Source: Carpediemonas membranifera BICM
Lineage: Eukaryota; Protista; Fornicata
Direction of reading: 5' to 3'
DNA length: 64,000 nucleotides
Assembly (NCBI GenBank): GCA_019828565.1
Contig: JAHDYR010000006.1
Coordinates: 186,001 to 250,000 of the forward strand
Shown: piece after piece, positions 30,402 through 39,959 of the stretch
Layout: every line of letters starts with the position of its first letter
Position numbering within the stretch: position 1 is the first letter of the stretch
The notes under the pieces: generated by a model
The model's database searches: none
Seen by the model: only the letters and a program-made list of their open reading frames with translations
Told to the model about the DNA's origin: nothing
Position numbers and translations under genes: made by a program

Positions 30402-33400
30402 ATGGCGTCTAACACCACAATCACCATAGAGATTGTGGCAAAGACCGTCAAAGAGGTCTTAAGCTCGCTTAACAAGGATAGGTTGCTCGATGAGCACCGT
30501 GTGCGGCAGCAGTTGATAGATGTTGCCGAATCCTACATCCAGAGCTCTATTGCAGGCTCTGACCCGACAGCAGTACTTGATGTACTCTTTCAGATGCCTG
30601 CGTCAAGCAGAACTGCGCACGAGGCTCTTCCTATCATTGCTTGCGCCTTTCTCTACACCATGCCAGTTGTCGACGAGCTGATCACCGACAACGGCGACGC
30701 ATCCGCGCCAGTACCGCTCACACCTACAGCACGGACAACAATAGAGTCGCTCTCGAAGTATGTCAGCACAGCTAAGCGGGCAGCATCCGCCCTGGATGCC
30801 CCGCATACGCCCCTCATTCTTCTGCTCCTCGGGATCATCCTCATGTCCGCAGAGCAGCGCGACGATACTCTCAGCCTTGTAACTAGCGGCTATGACCTCC
30901 TCGAGATCGCTATTGCTGCTGGTGCGTTGAAAATACTGCTCCCCGCTGCCTCGAACTCAGGCCCCGTCGCTCCCCAGTTCCTCCGCTTCCTCCGCCTCGC
31001 CCTGCTCTCTTTCGACATCGAGTCTATCCCCCAGTGGCCAGTGTGGGTGGCGTCTTTTGCTGCAGTCGTCCCAGCCGACCCCACCGGCACTGTCGCGACC
31101 TCATCGCTGTTCTCTGATACCATGAACGTCTGCTGGTCGGTCTACCCGCAAGACCCCGCCCCTGTGTGCCGCATGGTGGCTGCCGCACTCAGCGCTGCCG
31201 CCACTGCCGCCGACGTGGAGGCTCTCTTGACCCGACTCGACGCAGTCGAGACTCTGACTGTGCAGTTTACGCCATCATCACCCGCCCGGCCTGTAATCTC
31301 CACTGCCTCCGAGTCCGAGGTCGTCTCCGGAGCAGAGCAGCGCATCGCCGGCATCGACGTGCCAGAGGGCTGTGTCGGCGTCGTGTCGGACGGCAGCGCG
31401 GACTTCGACCACGACCAGGCGAAGAACATCACGTGGCATGTGCCCCACTCATTCTGGTCCGCGCTGGCCTCGAGCTGGGCAGCCCACCCCGTGCCTGTGG
31501 CCATCGTCCTGCACGCACTGGCATCGTCACAGCTTGCCCGCCGCTCCCTGCTCTACCGCGTGGCTGATAAGCTGACCGGTCACCCCGACGTCGGGATTGT
31601 CATGACCCGGCTGGCATCACAGGCAGCGGAGTCCTCGGACAACGAGCTTCGCGCCGCTGCACTCAACGCGCTTGCCTCGCTTGCTCAACGGGAGCCGCTC
31701 GTCGCCCACAACCGACTCAGCCAGACAGCGTACATGCGGTCACTCTCAGCTGCCTTCAGAGACCACCGCTGCCCCGCCTCCGTCCGCCAGTCGTTCGTCC
31801 GTCTTGTGGGGGCCGTCATCCCGTATACCGCGGTCTCCCCAGCCTCACAGGCCCCGTCTCTGTCCGTTAGCGCACGCGTGATGAGCCAGACAGTGCTCGG
31901 TAGCTTCCACCAGCGCCAGACTATGCGAGAGACTCAGTCTCGACTCGGGGCACAGTCTGGTGTCAATTCAACTCTGCGGCGGAGTCAATCCGTCATTCTC
32001 GGCAACTCATCGGCGAACGACCACTGGATCCCAGCCATGCGAGCCATGCTCGGCATGCTCGTAGACTTCGGCAAGGCCATCACTGCCATCGCGCCCCCAC
32101 CGGCTCAGGTGAAGGTTCTCAAGGCAATCGTGGATCTGATACGCCAGTCGACCACACACGTGGGTGACATGCCGAGCCCCCAGTCCCGTCTGACGTCGAC
32201 CATGCTCACCGACCCCGGTTTGATTATCTCACTGATCCACCTCAGCCTGCTCACCCCCACGACCTCCGAGGACACCGCATTTATCGTGTCCTGCCTCGAT
32301 TTACTTACCGCCCTTGCCTGGTGCAGCGAGGGCTCTCCCGTGCCCGCCGTAGTCGGCACCCACTCCTTCCAGGTCGGCCACGCCAAGGGCCCCGTTACAG
32401 CCGTAGTCGCGCTCCTCGAGACGGCATACGCCACGCCATCCCAGGAGATCGCCCAGAGTGTGCTCGGTCTCCTCAACGCATGTGTGAGCACGGGATCGGG
32501 GCTGCAGGGCATCACAAGAGCCGCCTGTCTCACGCTGTCGATGCTGCTCGAGTCCCTCGTGGAGAAGGGCTCGCCGCTCATTGCCGACGCCTTGGCCCTC
32601 ATAGCAAGACTCACAGCGCACGCACCGGCCGTCACAGCCAACCTCTTGCTCGTGACAGGCCCCATTCCGGATCACCACAAGGAGACGTTCGGGACTGGGG
32701 CGATGAGTAAGTCTATGCCGGTCGTCGTAGCGTCGGTGTATACGGTTTTGGCAAAGGCTGACCAGTTTGTGCTCGACAGCTCCGAGGACCGCACTGCTCT
32801 GGCCGCCGCCTTCGCCTTGGCGCTTGCCCTGCGGTTCCTCGACACGATCCAGGGTCGGCCGAAGCTCTCGAAATTGGGTGATATCCTTGTGAAATTGATC
32901 AAGACTCATGCCGACCACAAACCGTCAGATTCCGGCATTGTATCAGATTCCATCCTCCGGGCAGACATGTCTGTGTCCGCGGCGGTCACACTCCGCTCGG
33001 CCATGCTCTTTGTGATCAAGGCAAGACAGGCGAACCACGACGCCTCCGCCGTTATTACGGCCCTCGCCACCTCGCACCGGATTGTCGAGAATCTCAAGCC
33101 GGGCAACCCAGACCCTACCGCCAACCTCTTTGCAGCCCTGTGTCTCCAGAAGGGGGTCGCCCCCGCCGTGTTTCGGACCCACCCGGCCACAGCGACGGGG
33201 TTGCTGTCCGAGGAGTATCTCGACGGTGTTATCCACCTGCCCAGCGCTGCTATGGCCTTCAGCCTCGAATCCGACGGCGAGCTTGACTCCGGCAGCGCCT
33301 TCCCCCCCGGAGACATCCCCGACGAGTTCGACATGACCGTCGAGGACTACCTGGACGCCGCCCTCGACGTCAGAGGGATGTTCGCGCCAAGAGATACTGA

Positions 33401-34634
33401 CCTGCTCGCATCTAAGACCCTCGCCCAGAGCGCCATGACATTTGCCGCGGTCAACGGCATCGACCCAACTCACGCGGCGCGGCTCCTGACCTATGTGGCC
33501 TCATTTACTAACCTTAGGCGGTACACTGCTGTCGCATACGCGGACCTCGTCTCCTCGGTCAGCTCCGCTATGCATATGGCCGTGGTGAGCTCACCGTCTT
33601 CAGTTGATGAGCAGGCCGCCGCGTCTCTGGTCGCTGCGTCGTGCAGGTTTGCCCAGTATATCGCCCAATCGCGGCCAGACGTCTCTGCCGACTCCAGACT
33701 CGCCGCGCTCGATTTTGGCCCCGCCTGGGTCGAGTCATCCGGAGTCGCCTCCCTGGTGGGAACGATCCAGCCCATCTCTGCGGCCATATGCGCCACGACT
33801 AAACGGGCCACCGCACCCGAGGCGGCAGATCCTCTCGTATCTACTGCCAGATCTATTGTATCTATTTCGCTCGACCACATCACGTCTGCTCTTGTGGAGA
33901 TGCTTCTCTTCCCCGCCTCTTCGATCGCCGCACAGCTCAAGAAGCTCAAGAAGACCATACCCGACTCCACCGCAGAGTCGATCGTCGTCGTCCTGCGCAC
34001 TTTAGTCGAGGCCATCGGCGAGGTGGATGAGGTCGACCGCGTTGTCCTCATGTCCGCATCCCAGAACGCCCTGGCGATCGCCCACGCAGGTGTCGTCAGT
34101 CCCGATCTTCTCGGGCCAATATCAAATTTGATTGCACTTCAGCCAGAATCAAAGATCGTCTCGCTTGCGTTGAGTCTGTTGTATGAACTTGTCGCCCCAT
34201 CCCGCATGGGAGTCATCGTAGCATGTCTGGAGGCTATTAGCGCACAGCATCTCGAGGCCGACAAGCTCGACATCGCTGCCCAGTCGCTTCTTATCATCGA
34301 AAGGGCGCGACAGACCGGGCATGAGCTCGACGAGGCTAGTGTCCGCGTGATTGTCTCGATCGCCGCAGATCTCACGGCCGAGATGGCCAAGGGCCCCTCC
34401 ACGCGGGCCTCCAAGAGTCTCCGCACTGCAATCAGCCTTCTGCTGCCGCTGCTCGCCGTCCTCTCGAACCAAGTCGTTCAGTCAGTCTACTCCACTGAGA
34501 TGCGGCGTAGCGTCGACTCTCTCTACAACGCGGTCCTGAAGGCAGTGCTTGGTGACCCCGGCAAGTGGCTCGGCGACCGGGGTGAGGCGCTTGAACTCGT
34601 CAAAACCTGGTGCAAGGGTCAGTCGGAGTCATGA
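30402..34634 (+). CDS. Large alpha-solenoid, probable nucleoporin Nup188-like
   Basis: Helical Ala/Leu-rich protein of about 1410 aa. 'IDVPEGCVGVV...ITWHVPHSFW' resembles the SH3-like insertion of Nup188. The ORF is certain, the identity is tentative. Confidence 0.6.
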   Translation: MASNTTITIEIVAKTVKEVLSSLNKDRLLDEHRVRQQLIDVAESYIQSSIAGSDPTAVLDVLFQMPASSRTAHEALPIIACAFLYTMPVVDELITDNGDASAPVPLTPTARTTIESLSKYVSTAKRAASALDAPHTPLILLLLGIILMSAEQRDDTLSLVTSGYDLLEIAIAAGALKILLPAASNSGPVAPQFLRFLRLALLSFDIESIPQWPVWVASFAAVVPADPTGTVATSSLFSDTMNVCWSVYPQDPAPVCRMVAAALSAAATAADVEALLTRLDAVETLTVQFTPSSPARPVISTASESEVVSGAEQRIAGIDVPEGCVGVVSDGSADFDHDQAKNITWHVPHSFWSALASSWAAHPVPVAIVLHALASSQLARRSLLYRVADKLTGHPDVGIVMTRLASQAAESSDNELRAAALNALASLAQREPLVAHNRLSQTAYMRSLSAAFRDHRCPASVRQSFVRLVGAVIPYTAVSPASQAPSLSVSARVMSQTVLGSFHQRQTMRETQSRLGAQSGVNSTLRRSQSVILGNSSANDHWIPAMRAMLGMLVDFGKAITAIAPPPAQVKVLKAIVDLIRQSTTHVGDMPSPQSRLTSTMLTDPGLIISLIHLSLLTPTTSEDTAFIVSCLDLLTALAWCSEGSPVPAVVGTHSFQVGHAKGPVTAVVALLETAYATPSQEIAQSVLGLLNACVSTGSGLQGITRAACLTLSMLLESLVEKGSPLIADALALIARLTAHAPAVTANLLLVTGPIPDHHKETFGTGAMSKSMPVVVASVYTVLAKADQFVLDSSEDRTALAAAFALALALRFLDTIQGRPKLSKLGDILVKLIKTHADHKPSDSGIVSDSILRADMSVSAAVTLRSAMLFVIKARQANHDASAVITALATSHRIVENLKPGNPDPTANLFAALCLQKGVAPAVFRTHPATATGLLSEEYLDGVIHLPSAAMAFSLESDGELDSGSAFPPGDIPDEFDMTVEDYLDAALDVRGMFAPRDTDLLASKTLAQSAMTFAAVNGIDPTHAARLLTYVASFTNLRRYTAVAYADLVSSVSSAMHMAVVSSPSSVDEQAAASLVAASCRFAQYIAQSRPDVSADSRLAALDFGPAWVESSGVASLVGTIQPISAAICATTKRATAPEAADPLVSTARSIVSISLDHITSALVEMLLFPASSIAAQLKKLKKTIPDSTAESIVVVLRTLVEAIGEVDEVDRVVLMSASQNALAIAHAGVVSPDLLGPISNLIALQPESKIVSLALSLLYELVAPSRMGVIVACLEAISAQHLEADKLDIAAQSLLIIERARQTGHELDEASVRVIVSIAADLTAEMAKGPSTRASKSLRTAISLLLPLLAVLSNQVVQSVYSTEMRRSVDSLYNAVLKAVLGDPGKWLGDRGEALELVKTWCKGQSES

Positions 34635-34710
34635 AAGTCCGGCGGTCCAGAATAAAGCTTGGCTTAGTGTTGAGAGACTAGTTTACATCATCATCGTCAT
34701 CGTTGTCATC

Positions 34711-35970
34711 CTAGAGTGCGTTAAACCCGTCATGGATCAGATTCACCGACACCAGCAGCTTGCCGTCGACACACCACTCATTCATGTCGTCGAGATCAAG
34801 GACAACGCGGCCGACAGCACTGGAGAGCCCCTCTGTACCGACAAAGTCCGTCCTTGACCCGAATGTAAACCCGTGATCGCACTTCAGACGCCAGAAGCCG
34901 TGGATGCCGCCGGGAACTGAGATAGAGACGCCCATCTGGTGGACGCCGGCCATCGACAGCGGGGCGAGCACGGAGTGGGCCCGGGCTTCGGCGGGGGGCA
35001 GCCGGACGAGGGCCAGACCAAGCTGGCGGGCCCTGGTGAGGGTGACCGAGAGCTGGAGGAGGGAGCCGGCGAATACGAAGGGCTCGAGAGACTCCTGCTG
35101 GCCGGCACTGAGCATGTGGAGCTTGGAGAAGGCGAACGACCGGCGCATGTTGTCTCTCGAGGCACGGCCGCCTGCCAGGACGATGGCATGGCTGCGGTAG
35201 GCTGTGAATATGTCCTCCTCGTTGATCACGGCGTCTCTGGCGACGAGCTCGAGCTCTTCTGGAGTCATCCAGTCGAGTCGGACGGACAAGAAGGCCTTTG
35301 TCAGCATCTCCCGGAGAGTGGAAGGTCCACGTCCACCAAGATAGTTGCGGAGCTCAGAAATGGACTCGCCGCAGCCTATCTGGCCCTGGGCGTATGAAAT
35401 GAGGAAGGAATACCGGTCGAACTCGGTCGGGACGTAGCAGTCGTCGCTCGTGATCGCCTCGAGGACTACGGCGAATGGGAGCGCGTCCACCACCTCGTCA
35501 GGAAGGTTATAGAGGGTCTGAAGTACGAAATATGCGGCGAATTGCTTGAGAGTGCTGCCGATCGTTAGTTCGGTTTCTTCAACGAAATTGAGCCCATCGC
35601 TGATCGTCGAAGACGTCAGTGAGTTGTAGAAGTCAGAGACGCAGAGCTGGACGAGATCGTCGACTCCAAAGAAGTCTGCGGTGGAAATAACTTCGAGGAG
35701 TATGGAAAACGTGGCGAGACAATCTGTCCGTGTCCTGAAGTGAAAATCGTCGTGCATGTACTCGATAAGGTGATATAGGCTTGTGGCGGTGATATATTTC
35801 TCCTTCAAAACGAGCAAACCGCGGGAAACCTCGGGCTCACCGGGGCTGGAGGACCATGTGGAGTTGAATTTGCTGATAAAGAAGGGATAACGTTGCAGTA
35901 TGCGCTTATTCGCATAAAACTCGCGGGCAAACGCTACAAGCGTGAAGTCGCGCTGAATCACACCGGTCAT
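34711..35970 (-). CDS. BTB/POZ-BACK domain protein
   Basis: 'DFTLVAFAREFYANKRIL..YPFF', 'LIEYMH', 'ADFFGVDDLVQLC' and BACK-like 'ITSDDCYVPTEFDRY'. The start is taken at MTGVIQ. Confidence 0.8.
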   Translation of the reverse strand: MTGVIQRDFTLVAFAREFYANKRILQRYPFFISKFNSTWSSSPGEPEVSRGLLVLKEKYITATSLYHLIEYMHDDFHFRTRTDCLATFSILLEVISTADFFGVDDLVQLCVSDFYNSLTSSTISDGLNFVEETELTIGSTLKQFAAYFVLQTLYNLPDEVVDALPFAVVLEAITSDDCYVPTEFDRYSFLISYAQGQIGCGESISELRNYLGGRGPSTLREMLTKAFLSVRLDWMTPEELELVARDAVINEEDIFTAYRSHAIVLAGGRASRDNMRRSFAFSKLHMLSAGQQESLEPFVFAGSLLQLSVTLTRARQLGLALVRLPPAEARAHSVLAPLSMAGVHQMGVSISVPGGIHGFWRLKCDHGFTFGSRTDFVGTEGLSSAVGRVVLDLDDMNEWCVDGKLLVSVNLIHDGFNAL

Positions 35971-35997
35971 GAATGCCGAATTGTGCAGTTTTAGCAG

Positions 35998-36071
35998 TGT
36001 TGCGCAGTATAAACACATTGATCGTCGATGTGCTATTGAAGGGTCCAACAATGTGTTTATACTGCGCAACA
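35998..36071. repeat. Perfect 23-bp inverted repeat with 28-nt spacer
   Basis: tgttgcgcagtataaacacattg (35998-36020) and caatgtgtttatactgcgcaaca (36049-36071). Confidence 0.95.
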
Positions 36072-36266
36072 GTGGTTATCTCGAATGCTGGAGAATACAG
36101 GATGGACGGATTCGGACGCCTGCTCCAGATCCTCAAGCGTCATAATGAGGATGTGAACGGCAAGTGGGCCCGAGACCGCATGCTGGGAGACATCGCGGCG
36201 TCTCTCATCCGGGACAACTACACCATCTTCAACGTCTACCGGGGCCAGGTGGGGGCTGCTTCGGCG

Positions 36267-36353
36267 GCCATCTAACCAGGCTTAACAAGTCACCTCATGC
36301 CGCGCGGGGCGCGGTTTTGCTGCTGTTTACGGGAGCGTGTATAAATTGAGTTT
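36267..36353 (+). repeat. Dispersed 87-bp repeat, copy B (preceded by an orphan coding-like fragment ending at TAA 36275)
   Basis: 84/87 identity to the reverse complement of 17995-18081. Confidence 0.9.
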
Positions 36354-36450
36354 TAGCGTCTAAGGCTACAACGCTCGTCACGACCGCCGGGGAATCCCAA
36401 CTCCAGGTCCCCACATGCCCCAGTCCCTCAATCGTCAAAATAATAATACT

Positions 36451-37494
36451 TTACTGAGTTGCCGTGTGCTCAGGCCTGAGCGGCTGTAGGAAGATCTCCC
36501 CGACCTTAGCCTGCGGCGCGTACTCGTATCCCTTGTGCCAGTCATACCCCTGGGCGTACGCCAGGATGTTCCCCTGAGCATTGATCGCCATGGCCGTGAT
36601 GGGCTGCCGGTTAGGGGTCTGGAACGAGTGGATCGACTTTGGCTGGTAAATGTCCCAGCTAGCCCAGCGCCCATCTGACCCGGCCGTGAACATCGTCTTG
36701 TGCTGGGTCGGGTGCGCGGCGACACAGTTCACCTGGTACGTGATGGAGGCTTGCATGTCGCGGTGGGATTTGAACGTGAAGCTCTCCTTCTTACCCTGCG
36801 GCTTTCTGGTGAAGTAGCTAGTCGTCTGCTTGGTCGTCTGAACGTCCTGAACTCCACACCGGCCAGTCGAGTTGCCGTAGCAGATCTTTTCAGTGTTCGC
36901 GTTGATTCCTATGCACGTGATCATCTCGGTCATGGCGCTCTCGAAGTCCTGGAACGGCGTGTTTGGGTTCCTGATGTCGTACACCATGAAGCGCGACTTG
37001 ATGTTCACGGCGCGCGGCTCGAGGGCAGCGACGACGTAGTTACCCTTCTGATCAAGGTCCACAACTCGCTGGGCCAGGGTCGTTTTAAGTTGCTGGCGGG
37101 GTGCGCGCCAGTCCCAGAAGGCGAGGCTGCGGTCCCAGGAGCCGGACACCAGCATGTTGAACTCCTTGACGTACTTGATGCCGATGACACCGTCTCCGTG
37201 CTGGCCGACGTCGCGGGACTGCTGGGAGGCGAGGTCCCAGACCTTGATGGACTTGTCTGTCGAGCATGTGAAAACTTGGGCGCCGTCCACAGCGTTGAAG
37301 CAGACGTCCATGATGGGCTCGGGATGCCTCATTTCAAGCTTGGAGGATGCTTGGCCGGAGCCATCAACCATGAAGCAGCGCCCAACGGTGTCCCACGATC
37401 CTACTGCAAATATATTCTGAGATGGATGCCAATCAATGGAAGTGACGGTATCGGCTGATGACTGCTGTACTTTGATTGCTGGATCCGTCTGCAT
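36451..37494 (-). CDS. RAE1: mRNA export factor RAE1/Gle2 (WD40)
   Basis: GSWD repeats, 'FTFKSHR', 'TAGSDG' and 'AYAQGYDWHKGYE'. The YDW.KG motif favours Rae1 over Bub3. Confidence 0.9.
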   Translation of the reverse strand: MQTDPAIKVQQSSADTVTSIDWHPSQNIFAVGSWDTVGRCFMVDGSGQASSKLEMRHPEPIMDVCFNAVDGAQVFTCSTDKSIKVWDLASQQSRDVGQHGDGVIGIKYVKEFNMLVSGSWDRSLAFWDWRAPRQQLKTTLAQRVVDLDQKGNYVVAALEPRAVNIKSRFMVYDIRNPNTPFQDFESAMTEMITCIGINANTEKICYGNSTGRCGVQDVQTTKQTTSYFTRKPQGKKESFTFKSHRDMQASITYQVNCVAAHPTQHKTMFTAGSDGRWASWDIYQPKSIHSFQTPNRQPITAMAINAQGNILAYAQGYDWHKGYEYAPQAKVGEIFLQPLRPEHTATQ

Positions 37495-37806
37495 TATGTC
37501 CTTGCGAAGCGCAGTTACCTCGTTTCAGCGATGCAGCCTCGTACAGCGGTGCAGTTTTGCCCTGGTTTGCTATCTGGATCATGCCTTGGCCTTCTCGAGC
37601 TCGCATGTCTGACCACAGCCCGCTGATCGTCATCCACTTCCAGCTGCCTTTGAGACTTAGCATTCTCTGCCTCGAAGCCCCAAGATTTGATGTGAATAGT
37701 AAACGGACACAGTCTGCCCCAATCCGGTGTCTTGGGGATGGACCTGCTGCCTCGTTGACCCAGGGTGACCGACTGTGCAGGTTTGGGCCACGAAAGTTGA
37801 CAACGG

Positions 37807-39711
37807 ATGAATCAGCTCCGGGGGATAGAACGAGAGCTAGGAGTGGAGGAAGAAGAAGTTATACAGCAGTATGTTCGCAATCGAGGCAATATCGTGGAGC
37901 TCAGTGGCTCCATCGACGAGTGCGACGGTGTGCTTGAAATCATCGAGAACACGATCGCACAGTTTCAATCCAACCTCTATGGACTATCTGGTCGCATTAC
38001 TGAGCTCCAAGATGAGACAAACTATCTCTATACCCAGCTCCAAAACCGCAAGAGAGTGGAGAAGCCCATCTCTGACTACATTCGCCGAATTCACTTCACC
38101 CCTGATGACATGCGGAAGATAACCGAGTGCCCCGTGGACACTGGGTACATCCCAGTTGTCAAGCTCCTTGAATCGAGGCTTGAGTTCTCACTGACGGCCA
38201 AGGTCGACCATATTGTTGCCACCACCGATGTTGTCGCCTCTCTCCAGGAAGCAAAGCGGACTGCCGAGCAGCGGATCAGGACCACGATGGTGAAGCTCAT
38301 TAACCAGTCCCGACGGGCTGACGAGACGACGAGGTCGACACTTCTCTCACTGAAGCCCCTCTTCGAGTTCTTGAGGAACCAGTGTCACGATACCGCAGTG
38401 ACACAGCATTACATCGATTTCACAGGCAAGTTGATCGCCCAGAATGTGAAGCAGCACCTCAACACCCACTTGCCGAAGAAGGACGGACGGCAAACCCCCG
38501 ACACGCTCGTCTCCCCGCCCAGCACGGCCAAGAAGGGAAGGGCGAGTGTGGAGACGGTCATATCACTCGGAGAGCTCGGCAGACACTTGCATGAGCTGGG
38601 GACCCCGGACGCGATCATCGCCACGACCCCCAGTGCGACGACGACCTTTGCCACAGGATGGGTGTCTGCCCTCCATGTGCTCGCCTCCCTCCTCCGTACT
38701 GAAGGCACATTTGCCACCCAGTTCTTCTCCCCTTCCTCCCGGCCGGTGCTCGAGGCAGTTGTCGAGACCGCCACGAGACAGCTCGCCAAGACACTCAAGA
38801 GCTGGATCACGCAGGCGAGTGATATCGCCGGGATCCTGACTGTCCTGGCCAGTGTGAGCGCGGTGCAGAGGATGCTGTTCCAGTGGAAGATCCCTGGGGC
38901 GGATCCTGTGCTCGATGACTTCAAGATGATTTGCTGGCCACGGTTCAAGGCAGTTTTTGACACTCACTTGGACGGTTTAAGATCTACTGTATCTACTATA
39001 GATCCGACCCGAATCCACCCAGTGGTAATTAGATACGCGATGCTGCAGCACACCATCAATTCGACGCAAGTGAGTTGCAATGAACCGTTTTTGACTGACG
39101 CGATCGTTTCTCTCAGAGATGCGATGGACGCTCATCTGCATGCTTCGGTGCAAGCGGTTCAGGACGCGAGGTCGCGGTCGGCATTCTTCATGACAACCTA
39201 CAGTCATATCATATCTGTCTTGGAGGATGTTCCGGAGATTCAAGATACGAAGGATCTAGTCGAATATTGCCGTACCCGTCTCGATGCAGTCACTGAAGCG
39301 TACACGAAGCTCGTGCTCGCTGAGGAGATCGAGCCGATGGTGTCGTTTGTCGACGGCATCAGCGCCCTCCATGCGGCAGATCTCTTTGAATTCATTGCCA
39401 GACGAGCCGAGCTCGACGGAGAGGCACCTGAGGCTGTCCGAGCGTCCGTCTTCAACACGCTGGAGCATGTCTGCGTGGAGTTCATGGCGTCATGGCGTGG
39501 CGTCATGGCCAACATCGGGGCGGCGACCAAGGCGTCGTTCTCTGACCGTGTATTCGTAGACGCGGCCACCAAGGCTGTGGTGGGCAAGCTGCTTCAGTAC
39601 TACACCAAGACGCTGACGTATGCCGCGCAGTCGCGACTGCCCCAGCTGCAAGGACGGGGAATGCTGTCGGCCGCTGACATCGTCTCCTTCTCAAAGCAGA
39701 TTATCGGGTGA
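37807..39711 (+). CDS. VPS52: GARP/EARP subunit VPS52
   Basis: 'IDECDGVLEIIENTIAQFQSNL..LSGRITELQ....L...LQNRK', 'WPRFKAVFDTHLDGLR' and 'HPVVIRYA'. Confidence 0.85.
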   Translation: MNQLRGIERELGVEEEEVIQQYVRNRGNIVELSGSIDECDGVLEIIENTIAQFQSNLYGLSGRITELQDETNYLYTQLQNRKRVEKPISDYIRRIHFTPDDMRKITECPVDTGYIPVVKLLESRLEFSLTAKVDHIVATTDVVASLQEAKRTAEQRIRTTMVKLINQSRRADETTRSTLLSLKPLFEFLRNQCHDTAVTQHYIDFTGKLIAQNVKQHLNTHLPKKDGRQTPDTLVSPPSTAKKGRASVETVISLGELGRHLHELGTPDAIIATTPSATTTFATGWVSALHVLASLLRTEGTFATQFFSPSSRPVLEAVVETATRQLAKTLKSWITQASDIAGILTVLASVSAVQRMLFQWKIPGADPVLDDFKMICWPRFKAVFDTHLDGLRSTVSTIDPTRIHPVVIRYAMLQHTINSTQVSCNEPFLTDAIVSLRDAMDAHLHASVQAVQDARSRSAFFMTTYSHIISVLEDVPEIQDTKDLVEYCRTRLDAVTEAYTKLVLAEEIEPMVSFVDGISALHAADLFEFIARRAELDGEAPEAVRASVFNTLEHVCVEFMASWRGVMANIGAATKASFSDRVFVDAATKAVVGKLLQYYTKTLTYAAQSRLPQLQGRGMLSAADIVSFSKQIIG

Positions 39712-39959
39712 GCTTGGAGGTTGTTTTTATACACTAAATCTTATGTTTGGTTTGCAGCGTCTCACTCTGGCCGTTGCCAACTCCAGCGGCAGGTGGCTCA
39801 AGGCCCCGCTCAGCTGAGGCCAACCAGATACGAGATGACCGCATAAATGGGACACTAGACACAACATATGATATAGACAACTCGGGGATACATCCTACTA
39901 CAGGATGGGGCGAGGGTTGGCCGTGAATCCGTGGTGCAGAGTAAGGCACCAACGCTGGA

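Noticed and set aside
17995-36353. The two inverted 87-bp repeats as terminal inverted repeats of one 18-kb transposon or Polinton
   Set aside because: The interior holds only conserved housekeeping genes. There is no transposase, integrase or polymerase, and no target-site duplication.
36451-37494. WD40 gene as Bub3, which would pair with the BuGZ gene
   Set aside because: The FTFKSHR and YDWHKG motifs indicate Rae1.
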